Virus record (IMG/VR): IMGVR_UViG_3300042509_002293
Location: 32,080 to 96,079 of that record
Source of the DNA: a virus
Strand: one strand, 5' to 3'
DNA length: 64,000 nt
Shown: positions 9,901 through 18,501 of the stretch, in pieces
Position numbering within the stretch: position 1 is the first letter of the stretch
Layout of the letters: each line of letters begins with the position of its first letter
Notes under the pieces: generated by a model
What the model was told of the DNA's origin: nothing
Databases searched by the model: none
Seen by the model: only the letters and a program-made list of their open reading frames with translations
Program-made: the position numbers and the translations under genes

Positions 9901-12900
9901 CAGCCGCCCCCTCCGCCGCTGGGGGATCCTCCGCCCGGATCTATAGTCGTGCCTCGCGGAGTTTATGCCGGTTCGAGTCAGATATTCGACGTCCCAAACA
10001 AGAACGACCGTGTCGTCGTGCCCGTCGACTACTCCGACCGAGAGAGTATTTTCGGGGTTAAAAAGAGCAGCTATCCCGTCGCCGAGACTTTATTCGGCAG
10101 CCACTTCAGCGTGCCCGACCTGCCAGCCGGCTTCTACGGCGTCCTCGATTCGCCGGGATACGTCCGCGACATCATCCAGACGAGCCCGTGGGGATTCCAC
10201 GCCATAGGTCAGGATGGAGGCAAGTGGATCGTCGGATCCGGCCCCGGGCCGGGGAGGTTCTGGCCCGTCCAGCGAAAGACAATTTTCGCACCTGAGGGCG
10301 CGGTGAGCGTGTCACGGACGTGGTCTCTGGAGGACAAGCAGGCCAAGTTGCAGCTTATTGTCAACAATGAGGTCTGCCGCGAGCAGCAGATTCAATGGAA
10401 GGCCCTCAAGGCTGAGGAGAACAACGAAGACGTTCAGTTTTCGTGGAGGGACTTCGGGGATGTTGTGGCAGACTCACCCCAGGAGCTTGCGCTCTTGTTC
10501 CCCGCATATCCGGCCGGCTTTCGCCCAGGCGGGCTCGTCAAGCTGCGGATCTCTGGCGGCAGTAAGGTGACGATCTGGCCCGCCTCGTCGGGAACGCCCA
10601 GCGTCGCGACCTACGACTACGAGTCGTGTCCCAATAAGTATTTTGAATGGAAAAGATTTTACAGAGATGGGGAGAACAAAAATCCAGTCGGAGCGGGCGG
10701 CGTTACGCTCTTGCCCCTCGCCATTCCCACGGCCGAGATCCCCGAGGGCGGTGTGATCCTTAGGGCAGTCGCCGGGAGGATTCCGGGCGAATACTACGAG
10801 CCCACCTGCGAAGGCGAGGACACGGGCCCCGGAAGCACTTTTTGGGAAGGCCCAACCGCGACCACGATAGGCCACTTTTACACGCCCAAGTCCCACACCT
10901 GGAGCACGTCCTTCTGGTGGGAACATCACGATGCACCGATTTACGAGATACCAACGGAGGTGGACCTTCCCTCCATCAACTACCTCGGGGCTTACGCCGG
11001 CGGCCTCTACCTCACGCAGCCTCTTGCGATTGGCCAGATGGGTTACCTTGGCCAGATCGGTTATGTGAACGGCGACGGAATCTATGTTTCCCAGCCCTGG
11101 ACTTCGCCGGCCCTGCCGAAAGATGTTGTGCTGTCTTCGCTTATTGAAACAAAAACCTACGTCACGCAACTTCCGACGGTGGTGTTGGTTTCTCCTTCTG
11201 GGGCTACGGTGACTGGACAGTGGGTCGCTCGCCCCACCTCCGGAAGCGGCATCGCGCCGTACAAAATCTCGAACGTCGTGGATGCGGCCGGGAAGTCGTT
11301 GTCGACTCAAGTCCAAAACGGAAGTACCAGCCTTGCCGTCACGAGCCAGGGCTCGACTGTCCTTTTGGGCAGCGGCCAGGAGGTCCCGTCCGCATACCAG
11401 CGAAGCTTCCAGAAGCTCGGCCGATCGTTCGGCTTATCGGGCGGGTCGATTTACACAACCGAGTCCATTCGACCCAGAGCCACGCAGAACGTGGCCGTGC
11501 AGGTCGTCAATCCTGGGTACGGATACACGGACGTCCCGGAGGTGCGTGCCAGCCACCAGCCGGACTCCAGCATCGCGAGGGTCACTCCGCAGTTCTCCGG
11601 GTCCGTCGTCTCCGTCGGCGTGATCAAGGGCGGCTCTGGATTTCAGTTCCCGCCCAGGGTGGCGTTCGCGAACGGGTTCGCCTCGGCCGAGGCCGTGATC
11701 GAGGGCCCAATCGGTCGCGTCGTAGTCGTGAACCGTGGGGCCGGCTACCTCTCGCCGCCGCTTGTTTATTTCGATGGCCCCGGAATCCCCGCGAAGGCAG
11801 TCGCAGTCCTTGGCCCCGGTGGCTCCGTTCAGTCGGTCACGATCATCGACGGAGGCAGGTATCGACAGCCTCCAGTAGTTCAACTGATTCCTACCAACTT
11901 TTGGGGCGAAGGTGCGATCGGGGCAGCGGCGGAGGCACATATCGACGGGCGGGTGCTGTACGCGACCGTGTCCAGCGGAGGCCAGTACGACAGCCCGCCT
12001 CTGGTTTTTGCCGTTCGTCAGATTCCCCTCACTGAGACGTCCTTCACGGACGACGACCAAGACTACCGGGACTACAGAAACGGCCTGATCACGCTCCAGG
12101 AGTACCACGCAAGGCCCGGCGTATGCGTTCTTGAGGCCAGGGTCGAGGGGACGGTGACAGACATCGACGTCAACTCCGGCGGAAATTGGTACAGCGATTG
12201 GTACTGGAACGACACGGCGAAGGTCGAGAACTCACCGACTACCGAGGGCCTCGCGATCCACCCCCTCGTCTGCGACGATCCGTACAAGTCTTCCTTGCTT
12301 CCCCTGGGCACGCTCTCGGCCAACTTTCCGTACCCTGGCGGACCAGTCAGCAAGGGCAACATCTATTCCGGCAGGGTGTACCGCAGGAGACCCGAGTTTC
12401 CGCTCGTCAACTCGCAGACGTTCTTCGTCGAGATGGTGAATTGCGCCAGGAATCGTGCCCGGGGGCTGCGGTCCCAGGTTCCCGTCTCGCCGTGGCAATG
12501 GGTCAACGGGAGCATTCACGTCAAGGACATCTCCGGCAAGAGCCTCAAGACTGCGGTGTCGCACACCGAGATCACACTCCCGGGCGGGTCAAAGGCCAAG
12601 CTCAGCGACATCCCCATGACCCAGCGGTGGTACAAGCTCTTGGACGTCCTCGGAACCGGTGCCGAGATTAGTGAGTCCGGTCGCATTCTTTCGATCTCCG
12701 CGCAGGGGGGAGGCTACACTGACGCCGTCTGCTTGCAGCTTGTGTCCGCAAGGCCTCCGGCCTACGGCGCCTATGCAACGACTGAGGTGGACAGTTCTGG
12801 CTCTGTTTCTGGGGTATCGCTCGATTCCGGCGGTTTCGGATACCTCAATCCGGTCGCCTTCGTGTACGGCGGCAGGCGAATGCCGGGTGTTCCGTATCGG

Positions 12901-13497
12901 CAGGCAAAGCTGGGCATCGTCATGGCTGGCGGGTCGATGCCCAGGTCGATTGCTGGAGTCGTCGTCCTGGACGGAGGCTCCGGGTACGATCCTCGCGATC
13001 CCCCGAGTGTTCAGATCACCGAAGGCACCGAGAACATTGTCGACACCGAACTCGGCGAAGCCATCAACAAGGCACTCAGGGCAATCCCTTTCTCGTCCCT
13101 GATGGACTGGACTTCTGCCGTGGCCGAGTACGCTCGGGCCCCAGGAGACGCCCCGCCAGGGTACGTCGGTGAGCTTTCAAGTGCGTTCCGTTCGTGCGAG
13201 TCCGCGACCTCGTTCTCCGAAAGGCTCCAAGTCGCAACGCTCGGCGACCTCAAGATCGACACGTTTGCTTTCTTTGAGAGCATCCACTCAGTCAACACGC
13301 TGACCGGTCGCCCATACAACTTTGCCAGCTACAGTTCCCCACCCTCGCTGAGCGTCATCGGGGGCTGCTACACGCCCGCTGTTGTCTCGGCCACGCTCGC
13401 ATCGTGGTCGGCCGTGGAGATGGTCGACGATTATGCTCCTTCCGGCTGGTACAACCCGTGGAACGAATCGTATTTTGTCGCGAAAAGGGTGTCCTGA
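6997..13497 (+). CDS. Very large tail/adhesin-like protein with RCC1-like blades and repeated V.V..GG.GY modules
   Basis: ~2166 aa from GTG 6997 (GGAG upstream); RCC1-like GQLWAWGDGPLGDG and DGDVYTWGGNSYGELGNG; many (V/I)xxGGxGY..P repeats; poly-Pro linker. Start uncertain. Confidence 0.7.
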   Translation: MGSPDRGCHSPRAYTWGEGASASSTYGRYRGSWPYRQGSYLPGFFGDFRDPPIAGDCQIPPSMQGDWIDFSSTGWTSYAIDSSGQLWAWGDGPLGDGTLYGSMHPIRIPGGPWKSVSTCGPHTVAVTTDGDVYTWGGNSYGELGNGTARAPESWSPRLMLNSSIEYVRTGPGTEFNPSFNLNSPQIVKANQDDPGGGAILRVNREFFIERFTNISASGISFGELFSLPVLSVEGSPVIEPAELAPNVSLRVLRVEVVSGGQGYENGAAVVFSPNAAGIAATGRVVVYGGAVLYVLVDYREEPVLYDKMPTATIVGSGGGAVVQVVATGRMTGIDLRSKGRYQASGLSVAWKLLGRDHSTVVSQGDTSGAFLPFVVARITGIDVIDGGSGYTCPSGLPLKVHCSGVEVGECVLSPSGVASVTPSTVQAADRSLGELSPFSVGIYQSGASLTYKYPPKGAELRFTGSGLAVPLEISLSSAPFATSLDAEAVNYPDEKSKASVNKVFVVHSKGSFSIDVAGRNVREESKVEIWVPYEGEPNPEVPKAYLTFQDGYPEIELVVWFDYPQWSARLTESIYGVTSRPYVVVRQSEEQYGPGTRPSTVLPLPVAAVDPTGFPSAIPHAPYNRPLNPSRGGLLLWGQRAYDQRPLTGGQCFWLGPGITVSDYATSEGDRCYEVVDNVYGGDVLGLVRGVPATLTGAEARTHHQTSRLLTGYGVTVYTYLGGQRYSWPDFQTQSVYPERRSVISNLGESWEGPPTLPPQVTAVYDDAGTYGDRVSIACSVGTQGRSVGLSFSISDPGSGYREEPSVVFTTLALSPTRISSISGVDKAVAVYGRTTLLKDGVLYWCGAEHIGYSNGTVASLISTTPTRQGYSLRVYSNGLLGGMPWNLIDYWAPNPPDETYILNMLTQAFLPQARTSGCDATPRQGDGHSDSYVSPGPVDVGPPSPLTGVPIFWPPEGYVPPPPPTGWQPPPPPLGDPPPGSIVVPRGVYAGSSQIFDVPNKNDRVVVPVDYSDRESIFGVKKSSYPVAETLFGSHFSVPDLPAGFYGVLDSPGYVRDIIQTSPWGFHAIGQDGGKWIVGSGPGPGRFWPVQRKTIFAPEGAVSVSRTWSLEDKQAKLQLIVNNEVCREQQIQWKALKAEENNEDVQFSWRDFGDVVADSPQELALLFPAYPAGFRPGGLVKLRISGGSKVTIWPASSGTPSVATYDYESCPNKYFEWKRFYRDGENKNPVGAGGVTLLPLAIPTAEIPEGGVILRAVAGRIPGEYYEPTCEGEDTGPGSTFWEGPTATTIGHFYTPKSHTWSTSFWWEHHDAPIYEIPTEVDLPSINYLGAYAGGLYLTQPLAIGQMGYLGQIGYVNGDGIYVSQPWTSPALPKDVVLSSLIETKTYVTQLPTVVLVSPSGATVTGQWVARPTSGSGIAPYKISNVVDAAGKSLSTQVQNGSTSLAVTSQGSTVLLGSGQEVPSAYQRSFQKLGRSFGLSGGSIYTTESIRPRATQNVAVQVVNPGYGYTDVPEVRASHQPDSSIARVTPQFSGSVVSVGVIKGGSGFQFPPRVAFANGFASAEAVIEGPIGRVVVVNRGAGYLSPPLVYFDGPGIPAKAVAVLGPGGSVQSVTIIDGGRYRQPPVVQLIPTNFWGEGAIGAAAEAHIDGRVLYATVSSGGQYDSPPLVFAVRQIPLTETSFTDDDQDYRDYRNGLITLQEYHARPGVCVLEARVEGTVTDIDVNSGGNWYSDWYWNDTAKVENSPTTEGLAIHPLVCDDPYKSSLLPLGTLSANFPYPGGPVSKGNIYSGRVYRRRPEFPLVNSQTFFVEMVNCARNRARGLRSQVPVSPWQWVNGSIHVKDISGKSLKTAVSHTEITLPGGSKAKLSDIPMTQRWYKLLDVLGTGAEISESGRILSISAQGGGYTDAVCLQLVSARPPAYGAYATTEVDSSGSVSGVSLDSGGFGYLNPVAFVYGGRRMPGVPYRQAKLGIVMAGGSMPRSIAGVVVLDGGSGYDPRDPPSVQITEGTENIVDTELGEAINKALRAIPFSSLMDWTSAVAEYARAPGDAPPGYVGELSSAFRSCESATSFSERLQVATLGDLKIDTFAFFESIHSVNTLTGRPYNFASYSSPPSLSVIGGCYTPAVVSATLASWSAVEMVDDYAPSGWYNPWNESYFVAKRVS

Positions 13498-13772
13498 TGC
13501 ACGACCACCACTTCCACATCGGGCTGAACAACGAAAAGTGGCTCTGGCGGTACTCGCCCCTCAAGGGCGGCGCCGACGGGTGGACCGAGTACGCCAAGCG
13601 TAAGGTCCTCATCCACTCGAAGCTCAAGGGCCGCCAACGCCTCGAATGCGAACTCCACGAAGGGCTCCATGCAACTCTCGGTCCAACCGTCAGCGAGTCT
13701 TGCGTCGAGCAGGCCGCCAAGGACCTCGCCAAGATCCTCCACTCGCTCGGATACAGGCTGCATGAGTCTTAG
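13497..13772 (+). CDS. Small HExxH zinc-metalloprotease-like protein
   Basis: ATG overlaps upstream TGA; ELHEGLHA motif. Confidence 0.6.
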   Translation: MHDHHFHIGLNNEKWLWRYSPLKGGADGWTEYAKRKVLIHSKLKGRQRLECELHEGLHATLGPTVSESCVEQAAKDLAKILHSLGYRLHES

Positions 13773-13830
13773 TCTGGAAAAGATAACCCCGCCCTGCTAC
13801 AGTGGTCTCACCCAGTCACGGAGGCGAGGC

Positions 13831-14328
13831 ATGCGAGACGGCGACGAGTTCCTGGAGGAACTGAAGGAGGAGTTGGTCCGCGAGGACCTCCGCCCCGGGA
13901 TCTTTGACCTGAACCCGAAGGACGCCGTGGGGGCCACGAAGCTCCCGCTCCACCTCTGGCCGATGACGGCCACGGCGATGGGCTCGATCGCGATGCTCAA
14001 CGGGGCCCTGAAGTACGGACGATCCAACTGGAGGGTCGCCGGAGTCCGGGCAAGCATCTACGTCGACGCCTGCCAGCGTCACCTCGCCGCGTGGTTCGAG
14101 GGCCACGAGGCCGACGAGGAGGGCGTCCCCCACCTCGCCAGCGCCCTGGCCTGCATCGCGATCGTGATCGACGCCCAGGCCGCCGGAAAGCTTCGCGATG
14201 ACCGACAGGTCCAGGGCGGGTATCGCGAACTCGTGGCGTCCCTGACTCCGCACGTCTCGCGGCTCAAGGAACGACACGAAGCTCGCGGCCCGCGACACTG
14301 GACCATCGCTGACAACAGCCAGCCGTGA
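13831..14328 (+). CDS. dATP/dGTP diphosphohydrolase domain protein (DUF5664-like)
   Basis: NPKDAVGATKLPLHL...GALKYGRSNWR...RHL...EGVPHLASA signature. Confidence 0.75.
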   Translation: MRDGDEFLEELKEELVREDLRPGIFDLNPKDAVGATKLPLHLWPMTATAMGSIAMLNGALKYGRSNWRVAGVRASIYVDACQRHLAAWFEGHEADEEGVPHLASALACIAIVIDAQAAGKLRDDRQVQGGYRELVASLTPHVSRLKERHEARGPRHWTIADNSQP

Positions 14329-14349
14329 GAGGCGGCCACTCGCCCTCGC

Positions 14350-15255
14350 CTACCCCGAGTGGTCGCCCCCGGCTGGCCTGTTGTCGCGGTGAAGCGACGG
14401 CAGGACGTGGCAGGGCGGAGTTCCCAGGTCTGCATAGCGAGGATCTAGGTATGCCCTCGTGACGCGTGGGCTACTGTGATCAAGCAGGAGGGTGGCATTG
14501 CCTCCCCGGGCAGCGAAGTGTGACGCCGCGCAGCGTCTCAGTTGATGAAATTTCGCTCGCCGACCTCCGGGAAGTCCGGCCGCCTGGACGATATCGCCGA
14601 ACCGCTTCCAGATGTGCGCGTAGCAGCGGTCCCACTTGAAGATCAGGTCCGTCGGTGACTTCCCTCGGCACATCGCGTCGACGAGTTCGCACGTCTCGTC
14701 GGTGAGCGTGTAGAGCCGGTCCCGTTTCCCGCCCTTGCGGTGCTCGGCCTTCACGAGGAGCCTCGGGCTGCTCCAGTCCTCGACGCGAGCGGCGAAGATC
14801 GCGCCGCACCGTTCTGCGGTCTCGTAGAGCACACAGATCAGGGTCCGCCAAAAGAGCCCCGCCGGAATGCCGCTGATCCTCCCCGGCGTCGCCCCGGCGA
14901 CCAGGGCGAGATGCTGGAGTTCTGCGACGGACCAGCATGACGGAACCCGTTCGGGGAGACGGGCGGAGGGGGGCACGCACGGCGCGGTGGGGACGATGCC
15001 GCGATCACGAGCGAACCGCCAGAGCGAACACAACTGATTGCGTTCTTTCTCGCTCGTGTAGGGGCTCCTCTCCCTCGATCGCTTGTCGAGGAACCTCGAC
15101 AGCACGAGGTCGTCAAAGTCAGCCGTCGTCGCCGGCCTGCCGAGGAATTTGTCGAAAGTCCTCAGTGTGCAGTGGTAGAGCCGGGTGGTGTTCTCAGATC
15201 GGCCCCGCAGACGAAGCGGGCGGAAGTGTTCCTCGAATAACTCGTTGAGTTTCAT
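14350..15255 (-). CDS. int: Tyrosine recombinase / integrase
   Basis: LYETAER (R), HQLRR (HxxR), LLDH, TRAYL (Y) catalytic set plus N-terminal core-binding region; ATG 15255 has GGAGG upstream. Confidence 0.88.
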   Translation of the reverse strand: MKLNELFEEHFRPLRLRGRSENTTRLYHCTLRTFDKFLGRPATTADFDDLVLSRFLDKRSRERSPYTSEKERNQLCSLWRFARDRGIVPTAPCVPPSARLPERVPSCWSVAELQHLALVAGATPGRISGIPAGLFWRTLICVLYETAERCGAIFAARVEDWSSPRLLVKAEHRKGGKRDRLYTLTDETCELVDAMCRGKSPTDLIFKWDRCYAHIWKRFGDIVQAAGLPGGRRAKFHQLRRCAASHFAARGGNATLLLDHSSPRVTRAYLDPRYADLGTPPCHVLPSLHRDNRPAGGDHSG

Positions 15256-15365
15256 TGTGCGTACCTCCAAAAGGAAAAGGGGGAGAATACGCGTCCTTGC
15301 GGTGAGAACATCCCTGCGTTGGGGGGCCCTGACCAAGCGTGCCGAGTGACGGTGCCGTTTTACCG

Positions 15366-15653
15366 CTACGACCGACACCCGCGACGGTCTCCTTTCACGG
15401 CTACTCGAATGTCTTCTCCGATCGCGAGCGCGGCGTACTCGATCGTGTTCATCGGCGGCTCGTCGCGGCTCCCGTCGAACATGAGAACGAGGTGATACGG
15501 GATCACCTCCCGGACGATCTTCCGCACAGCCTCGTTGCCGACGACGCGTCCAACTCTGGACTCGACGATCTCGGCGATTCGCTCGACGTCCTTGTCGAAG
15601 TCTCTGAGTGGATGCGTCTCGGTTTCTTTGACGTCATCCCAGAAGGGCTTCAT
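15366..15653 (-). CDS. Hypothetical protein upstream of integrase
   Basis: 95 aa, natural composition, GAGG before ATG, same strand as int. Confidence 0.55.
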   Translation of the reverse strand: MKPFWDDVKETETHPLRDFDKDVERIAEIVESRVGRVVGNEAVRKIVREVIPYHLVLMFDGSRDEPPMNTIEYAALAIGEDIRVAVKGDRRGCRS

Positions 15654-15745
15654 GGCAGAGCCTCACGCCTGAGTGTTTTTTGCGTCGAGAGAAGTTCCCG
15701 CCGCCGTCTCAATACTGGTGTCCCCGCCACTTGAATGTCAAGCCT

Positions 15746-15772
15746 GGGGGTTCCGGAAGGTCCGGAACCCCC
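15746..15772. promoter_or_regulatory. Perfect 12-bp inverted repeat in the divergent (switch) intergenic region
   Basis: GGGGGTTCCGGA-AGG-TCCGGAACCCCC. Confidence 0.6.
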
Positions 15773-15811
15773 GGTTTTAGCCCGGAAAGTACGGACAGAC
15801 GGAGGTTTCCC

Positions 15812-16255
15812 GTGCCAAAGGACAGAATCGTGTCGATCGGCGAGGCGGCGGCCCTCAGGGGGCTGACGGAGGAGGCCATCATCAAGGCGATTGCCTCCGG
15901 GAGGCTCTTCGTCCACCAGTTGTCCGGGAAGGGGTACATGCTCTCGGAGAGGCAGGTCCTCGGGCGGAGTTTCGACAAGCAGGAATTCCAGCGAATGTGC
16001 CGGCAGTACGTCTCGGTTCCCGAGGCCTGCAACATCGTCTGGAAGACCGACGCGGCCGTCATGCGGGACATCCGCAAGGGGAGGATCAAGGGATTCCGGC
16101 TCAACAGCCGGTGCTGGGCGGTCCTCAAGGCCAGCGCCGAGGACGAGTTCCGCGACTACCTGGAGAACGGGCGTCGCCGGGTCGGCCGGCCCAGGGCCGT
16201 CGGCGAGACCCGGTCCCCCCGGGACCTGAGACGGAAGATTTTGCGGAAACGCTGA
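15812..16255 (+). CDS. Tandem excisionase/MerR-type HTH DNA-binding protein
   Basis: Two HTH_17-like units (VSIGEAAALRG..., VSVPEACNIV...) and a C-terminal GRPR; GGAGG before GTG; divergent from int. Confidence 0.7.
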   Translation: MPKDRIVSIGEAAALRGLTEEAIIKAIASGRLFVHQLSGKGYMLSERQVLGRSFDKQEFQRMCRQYVSVPEACNIVWKTDAAVMRDIRKGRIKGFRLNSRCWAVLKASAEDEFRDYLENGRRRVGRPRAVGETRSPRDLRRKILRKR

Positions 16256-16275
16256 TCTGGGGTACAATCGGCACG

Positions 16276-16479
16276 GTGTTGCGAATACTGACCACTGTCG
16301 AGGCGGCGGCCGAACTCGGGACCAGTCCGTCGAGCATTTCTCGCGCCGCGAGGAGGGCCGACGTCGGGCTGCGTCGCGAGGACGGTCGCCTCGTCGGCAT
16401 CAGCCGCAGCGACATGGCGAAGATCAGGAAGCTGCTCCGGTACAAGGCCGGCAACCCCAACTTCGGAAAGAAGAAGTGA
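16276..16479 (+). CDS. Small HTH protein
   Basis: ILTTVEAAAELGTSPSSISRAA; TTGCGG-16-TACAAT promoter immediately upstream (possibly leaderless). Confidence 0.65.
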   Translation: MLRILTTVEAAAELGTSPSSISRAARRADVGLRREDGRLVGISRSDMAKIRKLLRYKAGNPNFGKKK

Positions 16480-17345
16480 TGCCGCACACCGTGTACTACA
16501 GCGACGACTTCTGCCGTGCCACCCACGCGTTCGACACGACAAGGAAGTCGAGGTGGGTCGCCGACTCGCTCCGCACTCGTCCGGTGGACGGGGTCTCGCT
16601 GGAGGCACCGGCTCCGGCTGCGGTCGCTGACGTCGAGGCCGTCCACGCCCCGGAGTACGTCGCGGCCATCCGGGACGGCGAGCCCGACGGCGTCGCCAGC
16701 AGCAGCGGGCTGGCATGGTGCGAGTCCATGCTCGGATCGGTTCTGGCAAGCACGGGAGGCATGGTCGCGGCGGTGACGCGGGCCGCCCGGAGCGGCGTCG
16801 CCGGCTCGCTGTCGTCCGGCATGCACCACGCCCGGCGGAGCCACGGTCTCGGATTCTGCACGTTCAATGGGCTCGTCGTCGCCGCGAGGGCAGCCGAGGC
16901 TCTGGGGTACGAGCGGATCCTGATTCTCGACCTCGACGCCCACGGTGGAGGCGGGACGGCTTCTCTTATTTCCGGAAATGTACGGATAAGCCACCTCGAC
17001 CTCGTCGTCGACCCGTTCGACGTTCACGAAGACTCGATCGACCTGTCCCGGAGAAGCCCGCTCGACTACCTGACCGTGCTCTCGGCCTCCCTGGAGGCCC
17101 TCCGCCCGGACTTCGTCATCTACAACGCCGGCATGGACGTCGCCGAGGGGGACTGCGGCCCCGGCGGCTTCGACTCGCGGATCATCGCCGCCCGCGAGGT
17201 GACGGTCTTCGAGTGGGCTCAGCGGATCGGGGTGCCCATCTGCTACGGACTCGCCGGCGGGTACGAGTCGCCGACCCGGTCGCGGGAGTCGCTCGTGGCT
17301 CACCATCGCTCGACCATCAGGGCCGCAGAGCGGATCTGCGGCTGA
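16479..17345 (+). CDS. Histone-deacetylase-family (Zn-dependent) deacetylase
   Basis: SGMHHA, GFCTFN, LDLDAHGGGGT, YNAGMD, LAGGY motifs. Confidence 0.9.
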   Translation: MPHTVYYSDDFCRATHAFDTTRKSRWVADSLRTRPVDGVSLEAPAPAAVADVEAVHAPEYVAAIRDGEPDGVASSSGLAWCESMLGSVLASTGGMVAAVTRAARSGVAGSLSSGMHHARRSHGLGFCTFNGLVVAARAAEALGYERILILDLDAHGGGGTASLISGNVRISHLDLVVDPFDVHEDSIDLSRRSPLDYLTVLSASLEALRPDFVIYNAGMDVAEGDCGPGGFDSRIIAAREVTVFEWAQRIGVPICYGLAGGYESPTRSRESLVAHHRSTIRAAERICG

Positions 17346-17368
17346 TCACCAAGGAAGGAGAGTTCGTC

Positions 17369-17596
17369 ATGGAAAAGACGTGTGAACGCTGCGTGTTCTG
17401 GACCGCCCCGTCCGGGCCGTCGCCGTGGCATCAGCCCGGCATGCCTCCGGTCGGCGGGGGGCAGTGCCGCCGAAACGCCCCGATTGCCGTTCCGATGCCT
17501 CCGATGGCCGGCATGCCTCCCCCGGGCACGCACTGGCCGCTCACGGCCCCCACGGACTTCTGCGGAGAGTTCTCCCCGCGAGAGGCCTCGTCGTGA
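17369..17596 (+). CDS. Small Cys-rich protein
   Basis: CERCVFW...GQCRRNAP...WP...DFCGEF; strong SD AGGAG. Confidence 0.65.
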   Translation: MEKTCERCVFWTAPSGPSPWHQPGMPPVGGGQCRRNAPIAVPMPPMAGMPPPGTHWPLTAPTDFCGEFSPREASS

Positions 17597-17985
17597 GCGG
17601 AGTCGACCATCCCTCGCACTACAACTCGCACCCCAGCGGCGTCGAGGCGATCGACATCGTCGAGCACCTGCCGTTCAACGTCGGCAACGCTCTGAAGTAC
17701 GTCTTCAGGCGAGAGCACAAGGGCCGGGAACGCGAGGACCTGGAGAAGGCCGTCTGGTACCTGAGGCGGGAACTGGAGCGGATCCGCAAGTCTCGCGATT
17801 TTGATCGATGGACGCCGACGGACGGATACCTGAAGGCGGTCGCGGCCGCGTCGGCCAGGGACCCGTCCCCGGAGATCGGCGAGGTGATCTCGCTGCTCGC
17901 CACGTCCAGGTTCGACGAAAGCCCGGAGGCCGCATCGATCCGAGAGAGCCTCCGCATCCTCTGCCGAATCCTGGAGTCGACATGA
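17593..17985 (+). CDS. DUF3310-family protein
   Basis: VDHPSHY...EAIDIVE...GNALKY..R..HKG..EDLEKAVWYL. Confidence 0.85.
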   Translation: MSGVDHPSHYNSHPSGVEAIDIVEHLPFNVGNALKYVFRREHKGREREDLEKAVWYLRRELERIRKSRDFDRWTPTDGYLKAVAAASARDPSPEIGEVISLLATSRFDESPEAASIRESLRILCRILEST

Positions 17986-18203
17986 GAGACCACGACCGCA
18001 ACGTCCGCCGTGTCGCCGAGTGGTTCGCGCTCGCCGTGTTCGTCGCCCTCCCCGTGGCGTCACTCTTCGGCGACGAAGGGCTCAAGGCGTTCACGGTCGC
18101 AGCGGCGGCCACCAGCATTGTCGCCGTGTCGCCGATCTTCTACGAACTCATGGAACTGACGATCGAAACCTCGACTAGAAAGGAATCCGATGATCACGTT
18201 TGA
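17982..18203 (+). CDS. Small membrane protein
   Basis: Two hydrophobic segments; ATGA coupling. Confidence 0.55.
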   Translation: MRDHDRNVRRVAEWFALAVFVALPVASLFGDEGLKAFTVAAAATSIVAVSPIFYELMELTIETSTRKESDDHV

Positions 18204-18501
18204 CGAACTCGTCGACCTCGTGGAGCGGTGGGCGAGCGACCGGAGGATCGTTCCGAACAGCACCCCCCAGGCCCAGCTTCTCAAGACAGTGAGCGAACTC
18301 GGGGAACTCTCCGACGCGACGCTCAAGGGAGACGAGGCCGAGGTCGTCGACGGAGTCGGGGACGTGCTCGTGACTCTGATCATCTACGCGAAGCTCCAGG
18401 GGCTCGACCTCACCCACTGCCTGAACTCCGCCTACCAGACGATCCGCAACCGGCGGGGCACGCTCACGCCCGAGGGCGTGTTCGTGAAGGAGGGGGCGTG
18501 A
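18190..18501 (+). CDS. mazG: MazG-like nucleotide pyrophosphohydrolase
   Basis: QLLKTVSELGEL...DGVGDVLVTL...AYQTIRNRRG. Confidence 0.85.
   Translation: MITFDELVDLVERWASDRRIVPNSTPQAQLLKTVSELGELSDATLKGDEAEVVDGVGDVLVTLIIYAKLQGLDLTHCLNSAYQTIRNRRGTLTPEGVFVKEGA

Noticed and set aside
15710-15745. Minus-strand TTCAAGTGGCGGGGACACCA as a tRNA-derived attP core
   Set aside because: T-stem geometry does not fit a tRNA 3' end; cannot be supported without the host sequence
13831-18501. 2-aminoadenine (Z-genome) pathway suggested by the nucleotide hydrolases
   Set aside because: No PurZ or DNA polymerase in the window, so there is no support
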